Shown here: one piece after another, positions 24,601-36,775 of the stretch
Position numbering within the stretch: the first letter of the stretch is position 1
Layout of the letters: each line of letters starts with the position of its first letter
NCBI RefSeq assembly: GCF_009914755.1
Contig: NC_060926.1
DNA from: the human T2T-CHM13v2.0 reference genome, Homo sapiens
Direction: 5' to 3' (one strand)
Length of the DNA: 64,000 nt
The notes under the pieces: generated by a model
What the model saw: only the letters and a program-made list of their open reading frames with translations
Databases searched by the model: none
What the model was told of the DNA's origin: nothing
Program-made: the position numbers and the translations under genes

Positions 24601-25989
24601 TGTAATTGCACTAATCATCAATAACCTTATTCAGTTCAAAATAGTGCTGTCCGGATCATGACTTTACAACCTCTGAGTTCTGGGCTTGGAGCATCCCATA
24701 TCCTAATCGACAGTAAATATTTACTGTAGGGCCCAATAGTAGTCATGAGATTTTAGGTTAAAGGTGATTGTAAACACAGCTCTATAGATGTCCATAAACA
24801 TGAACAGTTGGGAGGAAAATAGCCGAAAACTTACCTAGAGAGAGTCAAGTCTACTATTGATGTGAAAATATTGACTATTTGGTAAGGCTGATAATAAAGA
24901 GTTTTGAAAAATTACATTAAAAAATGAGAGCTTTTGGAACACCAGGAAGGTTGTCGCTGGGAGAGACAAACTGTTGAAATAGTATGTGAGCAAGGACCAG
25001 CAGGGGCTCAATGTGTCAGGGCCACTAGGAGCTGCCAGGTGCTGCAAGTTGCCAACTTCATGCACAAAAGTTGTCAACAGTGTGGATGAAAGTTCTCTTT
25101 GCTTCCTGGTACAGCATGGCATAGATGATAAAAAAAAATCCCATGAAAGGTAGCAGAAAATTAGTAAGTGTCTCAAAATGGAGGACTTTCCACCTTAGCA
25201 TCATTAATTTCTTCCAGCATACTCACAGTAGAGGTTGCATTCTTGAGGATTCACAGCTCTTGTACCAGCTTTGCACTGCTCCATACATAAAGTCTTTTTG
25301 GTTCCATGTTTATTAGTATTTGCATTTTGGTTTCTTAATACTTAGATCACAAACCCCATACAATACTTCCTTTGCCCTTTGGCTTCCTGAATTGCAATCA
25401 TGAGCATGAAGTTTCATATCCCTGTGCTCAGTGCCAATCCATGTGCCAATCCCATGGCAATTTTCTCCAACCACCACTGCCATGCATCTTGTATACCTGG
25501 GAACAGAGTTCACACAGAGGTATTTATGGTAATAAACAATAAACGCATAATATTCGGCTTCCTAACAACCAAAGCAAGAGAAAATTTAATGGGTTATATC
25601 ATACTCGCCTGGCTTTGGAGCATTGCATGGTCACTGTGCACCTAAAACTTGTTTGTCTTTAAACTCCATTTCATCTTTAACGCCTTCCTCTTGCCCCCAA
25701 TATACCTGGTCTGGGGCTGTTCCCTTGGTGAGGCTCTAGTTTTATCTTTTCTTGTTTCCTGCACTAACTCCAATCTCTTACCCCATACAATTGCTTTCAT
25801 GATGAAGGATCCTGGAAAGTAAGTGGCTGAGTAGGTAAAACTTGCAGGAAGCTCAGATTTTATCTTTGTTTTCCAAGGCTTAACAGGGCACATAAAAAGA
25901 AAAAAAAATACAATCACGGTTTCTGCCACCTGTGCAAAATAGAATGAAAATAGAATTACTTCATCAAAATTTTTTTTCCAGTAAAGAAA

Positions 25990-26600
25990 CATATGGCATG
26001 ACCATATTTCTCTATTTCCTAGGATTAGTAGAAGATTCTAAGTTATGGTGACTGAGTGAAGGAGATGATTGCTGGAAGAATTAAAGCTGGCTGTCTGGAA
26101 GGAATTTAGGAAGACATAGTGGTTATATAATACTGAAATCCTAGGAAACTGGAGAGTATGTATTCTTGGCTTATCATTTATTTCTGTTTGGAAATGATGG
26201 GGCATTATGAAGCTTTCCTAGAAGTTCCTAAAGGAGAAGTCAAGCAGCAGACACATCTTCATAATGATTCAGAAGACCTTCAGCTTACGGAGTGAAGCTT
26301 TACTGTGAACGGAGAGTATTATGCAGACATAGCCTGCAGAGGAACTGCTGGGCAGATTGGTGTCCATATGAATTCCTTTGGCAAGATGTACTAAAAGTTC
26401 TGGACTTGTGAAGTTAAAATCTGGTAACAAATGAGCTTAATGAATCAGAGAGATGCAAACTTCAGCTGCATGTGTATGGGACGTGTCCTGTTAACATTGA
26501 GAATTACTCTTGGTTTATGATACTGCAAAAGTGCAGCTAAGCCAGACCATAACTCTAGTGCCTCTGATCAGGGCAAAATTAGGGTTAAATAGAACAAGGT
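25990..26600 (+). mobile_element. Ancient CR1/L3-clade LINE RT fossil
   Basis: Collinear degraded RT motifs: KILSYG (26032-26049), SWLSGR (26085-26102), VVI (26119-26127), IQ-x-DL (26267-26280), matching CR1 'KLxxYG..WIxxWLxGRxQRVVxNG..IQxDL'. Confidence 0.55.
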
Positions 26601-29600
26601 TCTATGGTGAGTAAGATGAACCAAAAGACTCATGGTATCAGTTTTTAAAATGATTTCTCTCTTTCTTGCTCTTGGGCTTATTTGCATTTCCATAATTCCT
26701 TAATCCCAGAATAAATTTATTTTTTAAAATATAATATTTTTAATATACAACATTAATTTTTAGAATTTAGATTTATGGCCTATTAACAGATTTACTTTTT
26801 CCAAACAGATAATACAGAGAAATATAATGAACTTGATTATATAGGAGTTTACTTAGGATAGAATGAGTCATTCTCATCAGTGAAACAGTTCCTGATGCCC
26901 TTTTAGTCTCTATTGAAATGAAAAAAGAATTTGTGCTAATATTTATTCAGTCATTTAATATTTTATAATGAACCTTGACAGCTTTTAAAGGACCTAGATA
27001 CAGCAGCATGCACATTTCTGTTTGTTTCGTCATGGGCTTGGGATTTTTGTGCAGATTTTTCACGGTTCTCTGCTTCTCTGGTTTTTAAATAGATTAGTGT
27101 GACACTGTAGAACATTTCTTGTTAGTGGGGAAAAATTGGAAGCCATAAGCGTCTAGCAAAAATAGGGGTATATCTCCCAAATAAAGAGTATTTTTAAAGC
27201 TTTGGCAACTGAAAGACTAGATTCTGTTTGGCCATACTGGTGCCATGAGTTTGCTGTTTTTCCTTCTTTTTTGCCTACTCTCACTTGTCACATTCCTCAC
27301 TAACCCTGACATCTCACACGTACTGAAACCTAAATAGATCTCGATCTTCTTGCTTCTGTCAAATTTAAAAGAAACACAACTACATTATAAAATGTCTTTA
27401 AAATTCCTTTATGTTTTTACTGCAGACTTTAAGAGAAGGCAAAGGGAATTATGTTGCAGGGAGACATGACGTTCCCATTATTCACATGGCTACAATACTG
27501 CCCCTCCTCTCAACTTTCTATTCTCTTTCCAAGGCAGTCCATCCAAACCACACCTTCTCCCAGATTTGCCTGCCCTCCCCTGCTCCTCCTCCAGCCTTCC
27601 TGTTCTATTCCATTCCTTGGTCTGCAGCTCTCTGCCCTCTTGGCTCTTTTCTCTTTACCAAGTGCCCTGCGTGAGCATAAGGAAGGGCCTAGAAGGGAGC
27701 AGCCATCAAGCCATCTCTTGAAATTGGCAGAGAAGAAAGATGATGAATATACAATATTTTTAGCTCTGTCAAATAGACTCAAACCCAATCTAATACACAT
27801 TTAGAACTCGGACTCTGCCTACAAAGAATTGGTTGCTATCAACCTTTACTCCTTTCTTACCACCTTTCCCTCAACACTTCTTGTTCTATGTGCTTTGCTG
27901 TATGCCATTTCCTTGGGGAAAGTAATCAGAAGAGCTGGAGGCTACTGCAGGAGATGGGGTCCTGAATGGCTCTTCAGAAGGAGGGGGCTTAGCTTGATTC
28001 TGGGGTGGTGCATTGGCACAGAGAGAAACTGTTGGCTGTCCCACTAAGTAGACACCTAAATTTGGGAGGGCAGTTGCAAGCCAGGTGGGGGAGGAGTAAA
28101 ACAATGGAGCAGTGAAGATGTATATTGAGTTTGAGAGCAGACAAAGATAAATTTGTCAATATGAAAGAAGGAAGAGAGCAAAACATAACTAGAGCAGGTG
28201 TCACAATTGAGGTCATGAGTCAGCAAAGACTAGACTGAAGGTACAAGAGATGAGGAAGACATTCAAGGGGGAAGGGTGGGGCAATGGAATCAAACACACA
28301 GGAAGAAGGCCTTCAAATTTTATACCACCATGGTTTAGTCCTTTTAAGAAACTTTCTTATGTGGTATTTATGGTGGATTGTGAACATGGCTTGTCTTTTC
28401 TAAGCTCCTTGAGGCTGTGTTCTGAGTTTGGTTTGCCCTTGTTGTGGAAAATGTGGTGAGTCTCACATACTCCCAGCTGTCTGCTGGTTGTCATGCAGCA
28501 TACATCCAGAAGGGCATTGGGTAGTATTGAGTGAGTAGGAGGAGACAAAGAAGCCTGGCTGTTGGGTGAGCAGAGGGTGAAATACTTAATCAGGTCTTGA
28601 AAATTTTTATGAAAAGTCTAACTCCAGTATTTTTTGGAAATTTCGATGATATTGGTATCATCCAATTTGTATAATCCAAGTCTAACAGGTCTTGCTGCTC
28701 TCTGCTTATTTAAGAATAATGTATTTAAATACGATCAAGTGTGATAATCTTAACTATCACCTTCTTTATCTCTTATCACCCTGACTAAGGCTATGGTATA
28801 TCACATAAGTCATATACCATAAATTAAATGAATAAAAAATAAAGAAATACTATAATAGGAAGTTGTGTTTACTGTGGAAAAATTAGATAACACAGATGAA
28901 CAAAAAGGAAAGAAAATGTGAATAAACTATAATTCCTTTGAGACATATTGATAGCTATAGCTATAGGTATGTATTTGCACATTTTAGCACCATGTAGCTT
29001 TTTGATAAATTGTTATTTTATTTAATAGCATAACACAAATATCTTTCCACATCATTAGATTTCAGTGAGATGTCAGCAAATGTGGTTTGAGAACAAGTTA
29101 TGTTGGAATAAATCCATACTGTGAATCATTTATTCTGTAACTTGGAAATCAGATGTTTGGAACAAATGGTATAATTAGTGAGAAAAAGACCAAATTCTTC
29201 CTAGGAACTTGATTGAAAATAAATTATATCCTCCCTCTCCCGTCTCCCTCTCCCGTCTCCCTCTCCCTCTCCCGTCTCCCTCTCCCTCTCCCTCTCCCGT
29301 CTCCCTCTCCCTCTCCCTGTCTCCCTCTCCCTCTCCCGTCTCCCTCTCCCTCTCCCGTCTCCCTCTCCCTCTCCTTTCCACGGTCTCCCTCTCAAGCCGG
29401 GCCAAAGCTGGACTGTACTGCTGCCATCTTGGCTCGCTGCAGCCTCCCTGCCTGATTCTCCTGCCTCAGCCTGCCGAGTGCCTGCGATTGCAGGCGCGCG
29501 CCGCCACGCCTGACTGGTTTTCGTGTTTTTTTGGTGGGGACGGGGTTTCGCTGTGTTGGCCGGACTGGTCTCCAGCTCCTAGCCGCGAGTGATCCGCCAG

Positions 29601-29759
29601 CCTCGGCCTCCCGAGGTGCCGGGATTGCAGACGGAGTCTCATTCACTCAGTGCTCAATGGTGCCCAGTCTGGAGTGCAGTGGCGTGATCTCGGCTCGCTA
29701 TGGCCTCCACCTCCCAGCCGCCTGCCTTGGCCCCCGCAAAGTGCGGAGATTGCAGCCTC

Positions 29760-31170
29760 TGCCCGGCCGCCACCCCGTCTGGGAAGTGAGGAGTGTCTCT
29801 GCCTGGCTGCCCATCGTCTGGGATGTGAGGAGCCCCTCTGCCTGGCTGCCCAGTCTGGAAAGTGAGGAGCGTCTCTGCCCGGCCGCCATCCCACCTGGGA
29901 AGTGAGGAGCGCCTCGTCCCGGCCGCCATCCCATCTAGGAAGTGAGGAGCGTCTCTGCCCAGCAGCCCATCGTCTGAGATGTGGGGAGCGCCTCTGCCCC
30001 GCCGCCCCGTCTGGGAGGTGAGGAGCGTCTCTGCCGGGCCGCCGCGTCTGAGAAGTGAGGAGACCCTCCGCCTGGCAACCGCCCCGTCTGAGAAGTGAGG
30101 AGCCCCTCCGCCTGGCTGCCACCCCGTCTGGGAAGTGAGGAGCGTCTCCGCCCGGCAGCCACCCCGGCCGGGAGGGAGGTGGGGGTCAGCCCCCTGCCCG
30201 GCCAGCCGCCCCGTCTGGGAGGTGAGGGGCACCTCTGCCCGGCCGCCCCTACTGGGAAGTGAGGAGCCCCTCTGCCCAGCCAGCCGCCCCGTCCGGGAGG
30301 GAGGTGGGGGGGTCAGCCCCCCGCCCGGCCAGCCGCTCCGTCCGGGAGGGAGGTGGGGGGGTCAGCCCCCCTGCCCAGCCAGCCGCCCCGTCCGGGAGGG
30401 AGGTGGGGGGCTCAGCCCCCCGCCCGGCCAGCCGCCCCGTCCGGGAGGGAGGTGGGGGGGTCAGCCCCCCACCCGGCCAGCCGCTCCGTCCGGGAGGGAG
30501 GTGGGGGGGTCAGCCCCCCTGCCCAGCCAGCCGCCCCGTCCGGGAGGGAGGTGGGGGGCTCAGCCCCCCGCCCGGCCAGCCGCCCCGTCCGGGAGGTGAG
30601 GGGCGCCTCTGCCTGGCCGCCCCTACTGGGAAGTGAGGAGCCCCTCTGCCCGGCCAGCAGCCCCGTCCGGGAGGGAGGTGGGGGGGTCAGCCCCCCGCCC
30701 GGCCAGCCGCCCCGTCCGGGGGGTGAGGGGTGCCTCTGCCCGGCCGCCCCTACTGGGAAGTGAGGAGCCCCTCTGCCCGGCCAGCCGCCCCGTCCGGGAG
30801 GGAGGTGGGGGGCTCAGCCCCCCGCTGGGCCAGCCGCTCCGTCCGGGAGGGAGGTGGGGGGGGTCAGCGCCCCCTCCCGGCCAGCCGCCCCGTCTGGGAG
30901 GGAGGTGGGGGGGTCAGCCCCCCGCCCGGCCAGCCGCCCCGTCCGGGAGGGAGGTGGGGGGGTCAGCCCCACGCCCGGCCAGCCGCCCCATCCGGGAGGG
31001 AGGTGGGGGGGTCAGCCCCCCCCCCGGCCAGCCACCCCGTCCGGGAGGGAGGTGGGGGGGTCAGCCCCCCGCCTGGCCAGCCACCCGGTCCGGGAGCTGA
31101 GGGGCACCTCTGCCCGGCCGCCCCTACTGGGAAGTGAGGAGCCCCTCTGCCCGGCCACCACCCCGTCTGG
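29760..31170 (+). repeat. SVA VNTR (about 35-50 bp GC-rich units)
   Basis: Repeated 'gcccggccagccgccccgtccgggagggaggtggggggtcagccccc' and 'ctgggaagtgaggagc' units. Confidence 0.95.
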
Positions 31171-31729
31171 GAGGTGTACCCAACAGCTCATTGAGAATGG
31201 GCCATGATGACGATGGCGGTTTTCTGGAATAGAAAAGGGGGCAAGGTGGGGAAAAGATTGAGAAATCGGATGGTTGCCGTGTCTGTGTAGAAAGAAGTAG
31301 ACATGGGAGACTTTTCATTTTGTTCTGTACTAAGAAAAATTCTTCTGCCTTGGGATCCTGTTGATCTATGACCTTACCCCCAACCCTGTGCTCTCTGAAA
31401 TATGTGCTGTGTCCACTCAGGGTTAAATGGATTAAGGGCGGTGCAAGATGTGCTTTGTTAAACAGATGCTTGAAGGCAGCATGCTCGTTAAGAGTCATTA
31501 CCACTCCCTAATCTCAAGTACCCAGGGACACAAACACTCTGCCTAGGAAAACCAGAGACCTTTGTTCACTTGTTTGTCTGCTGACCTTCCCTCCACTAGT
31601 GTCCTATGACCCTGCCAAATCCCCCTCGTGAGAAACACCCAAGAATGATCAATAAAACAAAAACAAAACAAAACAAACAAACAAACAAAAACAAAACAAA
31701 ACAAAAAAACAAACAAACAAACAAAAAAA

Positions 31730-32007
31730 GTGAAAATTGTGGGCATTTGCAGTCTTTGCTGCCATTAAGTCTTCTGGGTTTTTCTACAGGTTGACTCTAA
31801 AAGTTGAAATCCAGTCAAAGATATTTACATTATTATGGCCACATGAACGTTGTTTACCCTCAGGCCAAACAATGGGCTGGAATTACACTTGCTTCTCCAC
31901 ACACTCCATCCCATAATCCATGTGTCACTCAAAGGACAATGTGGCAAGCAAGCACTAAGGCCCTAAATTGATACTGTATCAATTAAATACAATTATGTTG
32001 TGTTATT
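31730..32007 (+). other. 3'-transduced unique flank carried by the SVA
   Basis: Lies between the first SVA tail and a second A14 tail, inside the TSD; ATTAAA at 31982-31987 is about 20 nt upstream of the tail. Confidence 0.9.
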
Positions 32008-33518
32008 AAAAAAAAAAAAAAGAAAATAAATTATAAAGCTCTTTGCTGTAGGTGAAGCCTACAGTAGGAATGTAGGAAAAGCCATTTGGAAGGCAGGACA
32101 AGGGTATGGCTTCTTTTAATAGCATTTTTGCTATTTTTCACAGTGGAATTTAGTAATGATTAATAAATTAATATTTGTAAAGCAATGAAAAACATTCAGT
32201 TTTAAAATTATATACTATATTATACATAAGTATCAGTTTAGGGCATGATTTTGCCTTTTATTTTTTCAACAAAGAAGAAAAGTGTCCTTCAGTGTAGAAA
32301 AATATCTAATGTATTTTCTAGTTCTTAGTTTTGAACTCATATTCTACTAAAAATCTAAGATATTCTAGAAAATGATTTAAATGTGAGAATTACAATATCT
32401 GATTTATTATTCACAGCATAATTTTTTATTAAATAAACTTTCAATCCCATTATCATTTTTAAACTACTTAGCTCCAATCAAAATGAAAAGGCCCATTTCT
32501 TCATCTTTATTGATGTCTTTCACGTTTCAGTGCCCTGGAAAGAGACTTTCTCTACTTTTAAATGAAGAATTCTGGGTTGCTCATTATATCTGAAAGATGG
32601 ATGTAATGGAAATGAGTGATGGAACAGCTCTACAACAGCAACTCTGTGCTTCACTGTGGTTTGCTGCCCTGGAATAATATCTGCTACTTTTGTCTTCACC
32701 AAAATCATGTGGTTCCCTCACCAGTGTCATTTACTCGCCCAAACTTTATCTTAGTGGTGGAGGTGGATTAGTCCCCTGAACCTTGAGAACATGTTTTTTT
32801 CTTATGCATCATAATTGGGAAGTTTTTCTTCAAAATATCACTAGGCTGAAAATGAAGTTCTTTAAAAGACTTATAGAAAGGTAGCGAAAAGATGTTTTCT
32901 TTTTAATGGATGTCAATGGAAATGCAGTATATATAGTAGGTCCTGAGAAGACTTAACAGATATGTGACATGAAAATATGTTTCCTCTCAAATCCATGCTT
33001 GCCAGAACTTTATTTTTAAATAGCAGAAGCCTTGCAAGGAAATGTGAAAGGCTGGTACTATTAAAAAGGTCTGAGTTATTAAAAAAAATACATATGCATT
33101 CCTACATGAGACATATACCTTAAAGAAGGACTGCCTTCTAACGCAGATTTTGTTTTTGTTTTTTTACTTGGCATAACAGAGAAGTCAACGCGCTAATCAA
33201 TAAGTGCCATCTATTTTTGATTGACCTTAATTTTCTGAATGACTGCTTTTCTTCAAATATTTTAAGTCATGACTAAATTTCATTTAATAAGAAATGTTTA
33301 GGTTAGTTTGTAAACAAGAAATCAGATATTATGAATCCAAACCTGGAATTACATTTCAATAATGCTTAATTTATTTCATATTTTAGCCAACTGATTTGTA
33401 ATTGTATTAAGGCTCCCAGGATAAACTCCATGGTTAATTTGGCCCTTTAAAGGTCAACAACATATAAGGGCATATGTACTTTAATTCTACTTTATTCTGA
33501 TATTTCATAAAACAATAA

Positions 33519-33876
33519 TGTATTAGTCTGTTCTCATGCTGCTGATAAAGATATACCCAAGACTGAGTAATTTATAAAGGAAAGAGATTAATTGACTCAC
33601 AGTTCCACATGGCTGGGGAGGCCTCACAATCATGGAGGAAGGCAACGAGGAGCAAAGTGATGTCTTACATGTAGGCAGGCAAGAGAGCTCATGTGCTGGG
33701 GAACTCCGCTTTATAAAGCCATCAGAAATTGTGAGACTTATTCACTATTATGAGAACAGCACTGAAACGACCACACCCATGATTCAGTTACCTCCCACTG
33801 GGTACCTCCAACGACGTGTGGGAATTATGGGAGATACAATTCAAGATTTGGGTGAGGACACAGCCAAATCATATCA
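33519..33876 (-). mobile_element. THE1 (MaLR) solo LTR
   Basis: 'tgtattagtctgttctcatgctgctgataaagatatacccaagactg...cagccaaatcatatca'. Confidence 0.9.
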
Positions 33877-34039
33877 AATGGCATGAGATTTATTGTAAAG
33901 GTAAGTTCTGCCTCATTAATAATGAAAAATTGATTACACGTTTAAAAAATATAACTTAAAAAAACCAGAATTTATGGTAGATTTGCATTTCAATTGATAG
34001 AGTTTACTTCATTTGTGACAAAATTAGTATATTCCAAAT

Positions 34040-34651
<612 letters not shown>

Positions 34652-35700
34652 TCACATTACACACTGATGAGAAATAGATTAAATCATTATGTGAAAGATC
34701 CTGTGAATGATAGCTGGAATTCCAAGATAGCTAGAATTCTGGCTCCATGAGAGCAGGAAACATCTGTGTCTGGTCACCTCTGTTCCTTTAGCCCTGGGCA
34801 CAGTGCCTTCCACACGTATTATGGATGTGCAGTTACTATGTATTGAGAAACTAGTTTCTGTTGGCTAAAATTTTAATTGGCTTCAAATGTTGAGCTCTTG
34901 CACAAACGAACTTTAACAACTGTACATGAAATACAGTCCAACAATGGTTAAAATTAATACATATGTGATGATAGAGATGAACGATAGCTGATGAAGCCAG
35001 GGGGGACTTATTCCAAGTTAGTTCAGGTGAGTCAGAGGGGGCTTTCCTCAAGAAGCCCAGAATAAGTGTCCATCTGAACAACCACTACTGAGTACCTTTG
35101 ATCAGCAGCACATGTAGTAATCACCTTGAGGAGCGACCATCTCCACTCCCCAGGAATTGTATGGGATTGCAGCCAGGCTTAGAGGAACAGGACAGCAGAA
35201 TCCTCTACCTCCACCTCCCACGCATCCATTCTGCACCTGGTCCTTGTCAAAGCTCACACTTATTTGAGTTAATTTTGGCTCAACTCCTCCCGCCCACATG
35301 TAATTCCTCTCCTGTTTGTCAGCCGTAGCCAGTATGAGTTTGGCACTCTGAGACTGTCCTTTTATTGTGTGACCACAGTAGCACCTAATATGGTGCCAAC
35401 CACACAGTCATGGCCAACTAATACTTGGCAATGATGAACATAATAGACAAAGAAGATGACCGGAAAAATATCCTTCGATAAATAGCAAAGGAAAAGGTAG
35501 TGATAGAGGACAGAGAAATGGCAGAAACTTTTTATGTAGTTTTCATTTCTCCCTTTTATAGAAATGGTCAGATGTGAACACTTGGCTAGAACAAGTCTCA
35601 GCTGTGAGAGGAGATGGGAAGGCCAACTAGGACAGGCAAAGAGGTAATTAAAGAGTACCTGGAACGTCTGTGTACAGTGGAACTAGCAGAGCCAGATGAC

Positions 35701-35907
35701 TAGCAGTGTAATGCAGTGGAAAGAGAATTGGATGAATCTTCAGAACACTCAGGCTCCATCTCAACTCACCTTACTTACTAATTGAGTGACCTTGGGACAG
35801 AAAGGCCTCTGAACCTTGCCCTCCATTCTTGCAGAACAGGGATAATATTACCGTCTTCATGGGACTGTTCTACAGAGAAAATGAAATAAATCATGAAATA
35901 CTATTTG
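35701..35907 (+). mobile_element. MIR/MIR3 SINE inserted in the CR1 fossil
   Basis: 'gcagtgtaatgcagtggaaagagaattgga...cttactaattgagtgaccttggg...ctctgaacct'; it interrupts the CR1 'GPD|xxPR' motif. Confidence 0.7.
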
Positions 35908-36609
35908 GACCTAGGGAATATTTAACAGTTGCAGATGTCACTGCACAGCTGCCAGTCTTCGATTTTGAGAAGTCATGGAGGACAATTCTCTGCAAGATAG
36001 CAAGTGGAGTATCAGCTTACACTGATACCTGGGAAGCTAGCGGAAAAAATCATTAAGCAATTAATTAGCAACGATTTAAAAGAACCAAGAAGTTGGAAAG
36101 CAACCCATATGGCTTTAAGATCAAATGGTACCTTTCCAATTTTGTTGCCCTCTCTAATTGAGGAACAGCCCAAAAGGTAAGAAATCATGCAGGTGGAGTC
36201 CTGCATGATTGTCAAACCATCAGTGCAAGCTAAGTTGTTCAAAACTCTAAGTATCATCTATTTATTTTTGGCATGATATATGTGATTATATTCATTAACA
36301 GGTAATATACTGTATTGTGTGCCCTGTGTTAGAGACTGGTAATGGGATAAGCAATGAGTTCAGGGATTTCGTAAAAGGTTGATCAATTTGCCAAGATTTC
36401 ATAAGAGTTGATATGACTACACCACAGACTCTGAAATGGTGTTTTTAAATAACACTATCAAGAGCAAAGGAAATCAAGCTATTCGTAATTAGTTTTCTAT
36501 GACAAAGTTGGAATGGCTGTGTCATTGTTTTACAAAATGTCAAAGTGCAGCAGAAGGAGAAGAAATCTTTCGTGTCTGGTGATTATTCATAGATCTGGGT
36601 GCCCTGAGA

Positions 36610-36775
36610 GCAGTATTTCTCCAAAGGGTTGCCTGCACCAATAGCTGACTCATCTGTGGAACTTGTTCAAAATGCAAGCCCCTAAGCCCCTTGGCAGGCT
36701 TATTGAATGAAAGCTCTGAATGTGAATTTTATCACAGTGGAGACTCTAATACTCATGGAAATTTGAGATCTGCAG
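36610..36775. mobile_element. MER5-type MITE
   Basis: 'cagtatttctccaaagg...catctgtggaacttgttcaaaatgcaag...gactctaatactcatggaaatttgaga'. Confidence 0.55.

Larger units (their letters stand above)
29229..32021 (+). mobile_element. Full-length SVA retrotransposon (SVA_D-derived) with 3' transduction
   Basis: (CCCTCT)n hexamer 29229-~29375; antisense Alu-like ~29395-29760; GC-rich VNTR ~29760-31170; SINE-R ~31170-31650; AATAAA 31651; (AAAC)n tail; extra unique segment; A14 tail; TSD gaaaataaattata at 29215-29228 and 32022-32035. Confidence 0.97.

Noticed and set aside
26023-26608. Exon-like AG/GT-bounded segments as host coding exons
   Set aside because: Stops in the frames examined; better explained as a degraded CR1 RT.
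29175-31794. Many overlapping 100-190 aa Pro/Gly/Arg-rich ORFs
   Set aside because: They arise from the stop-poor GC-rich SVA hexamer/VNTR; SVA is non-coding.
35829-36056. 75-aa ORF as a novel small protein
   Set aside because: It is a chance chimera of MIR sequence and CR1 RT remnant with a non-ATG start.
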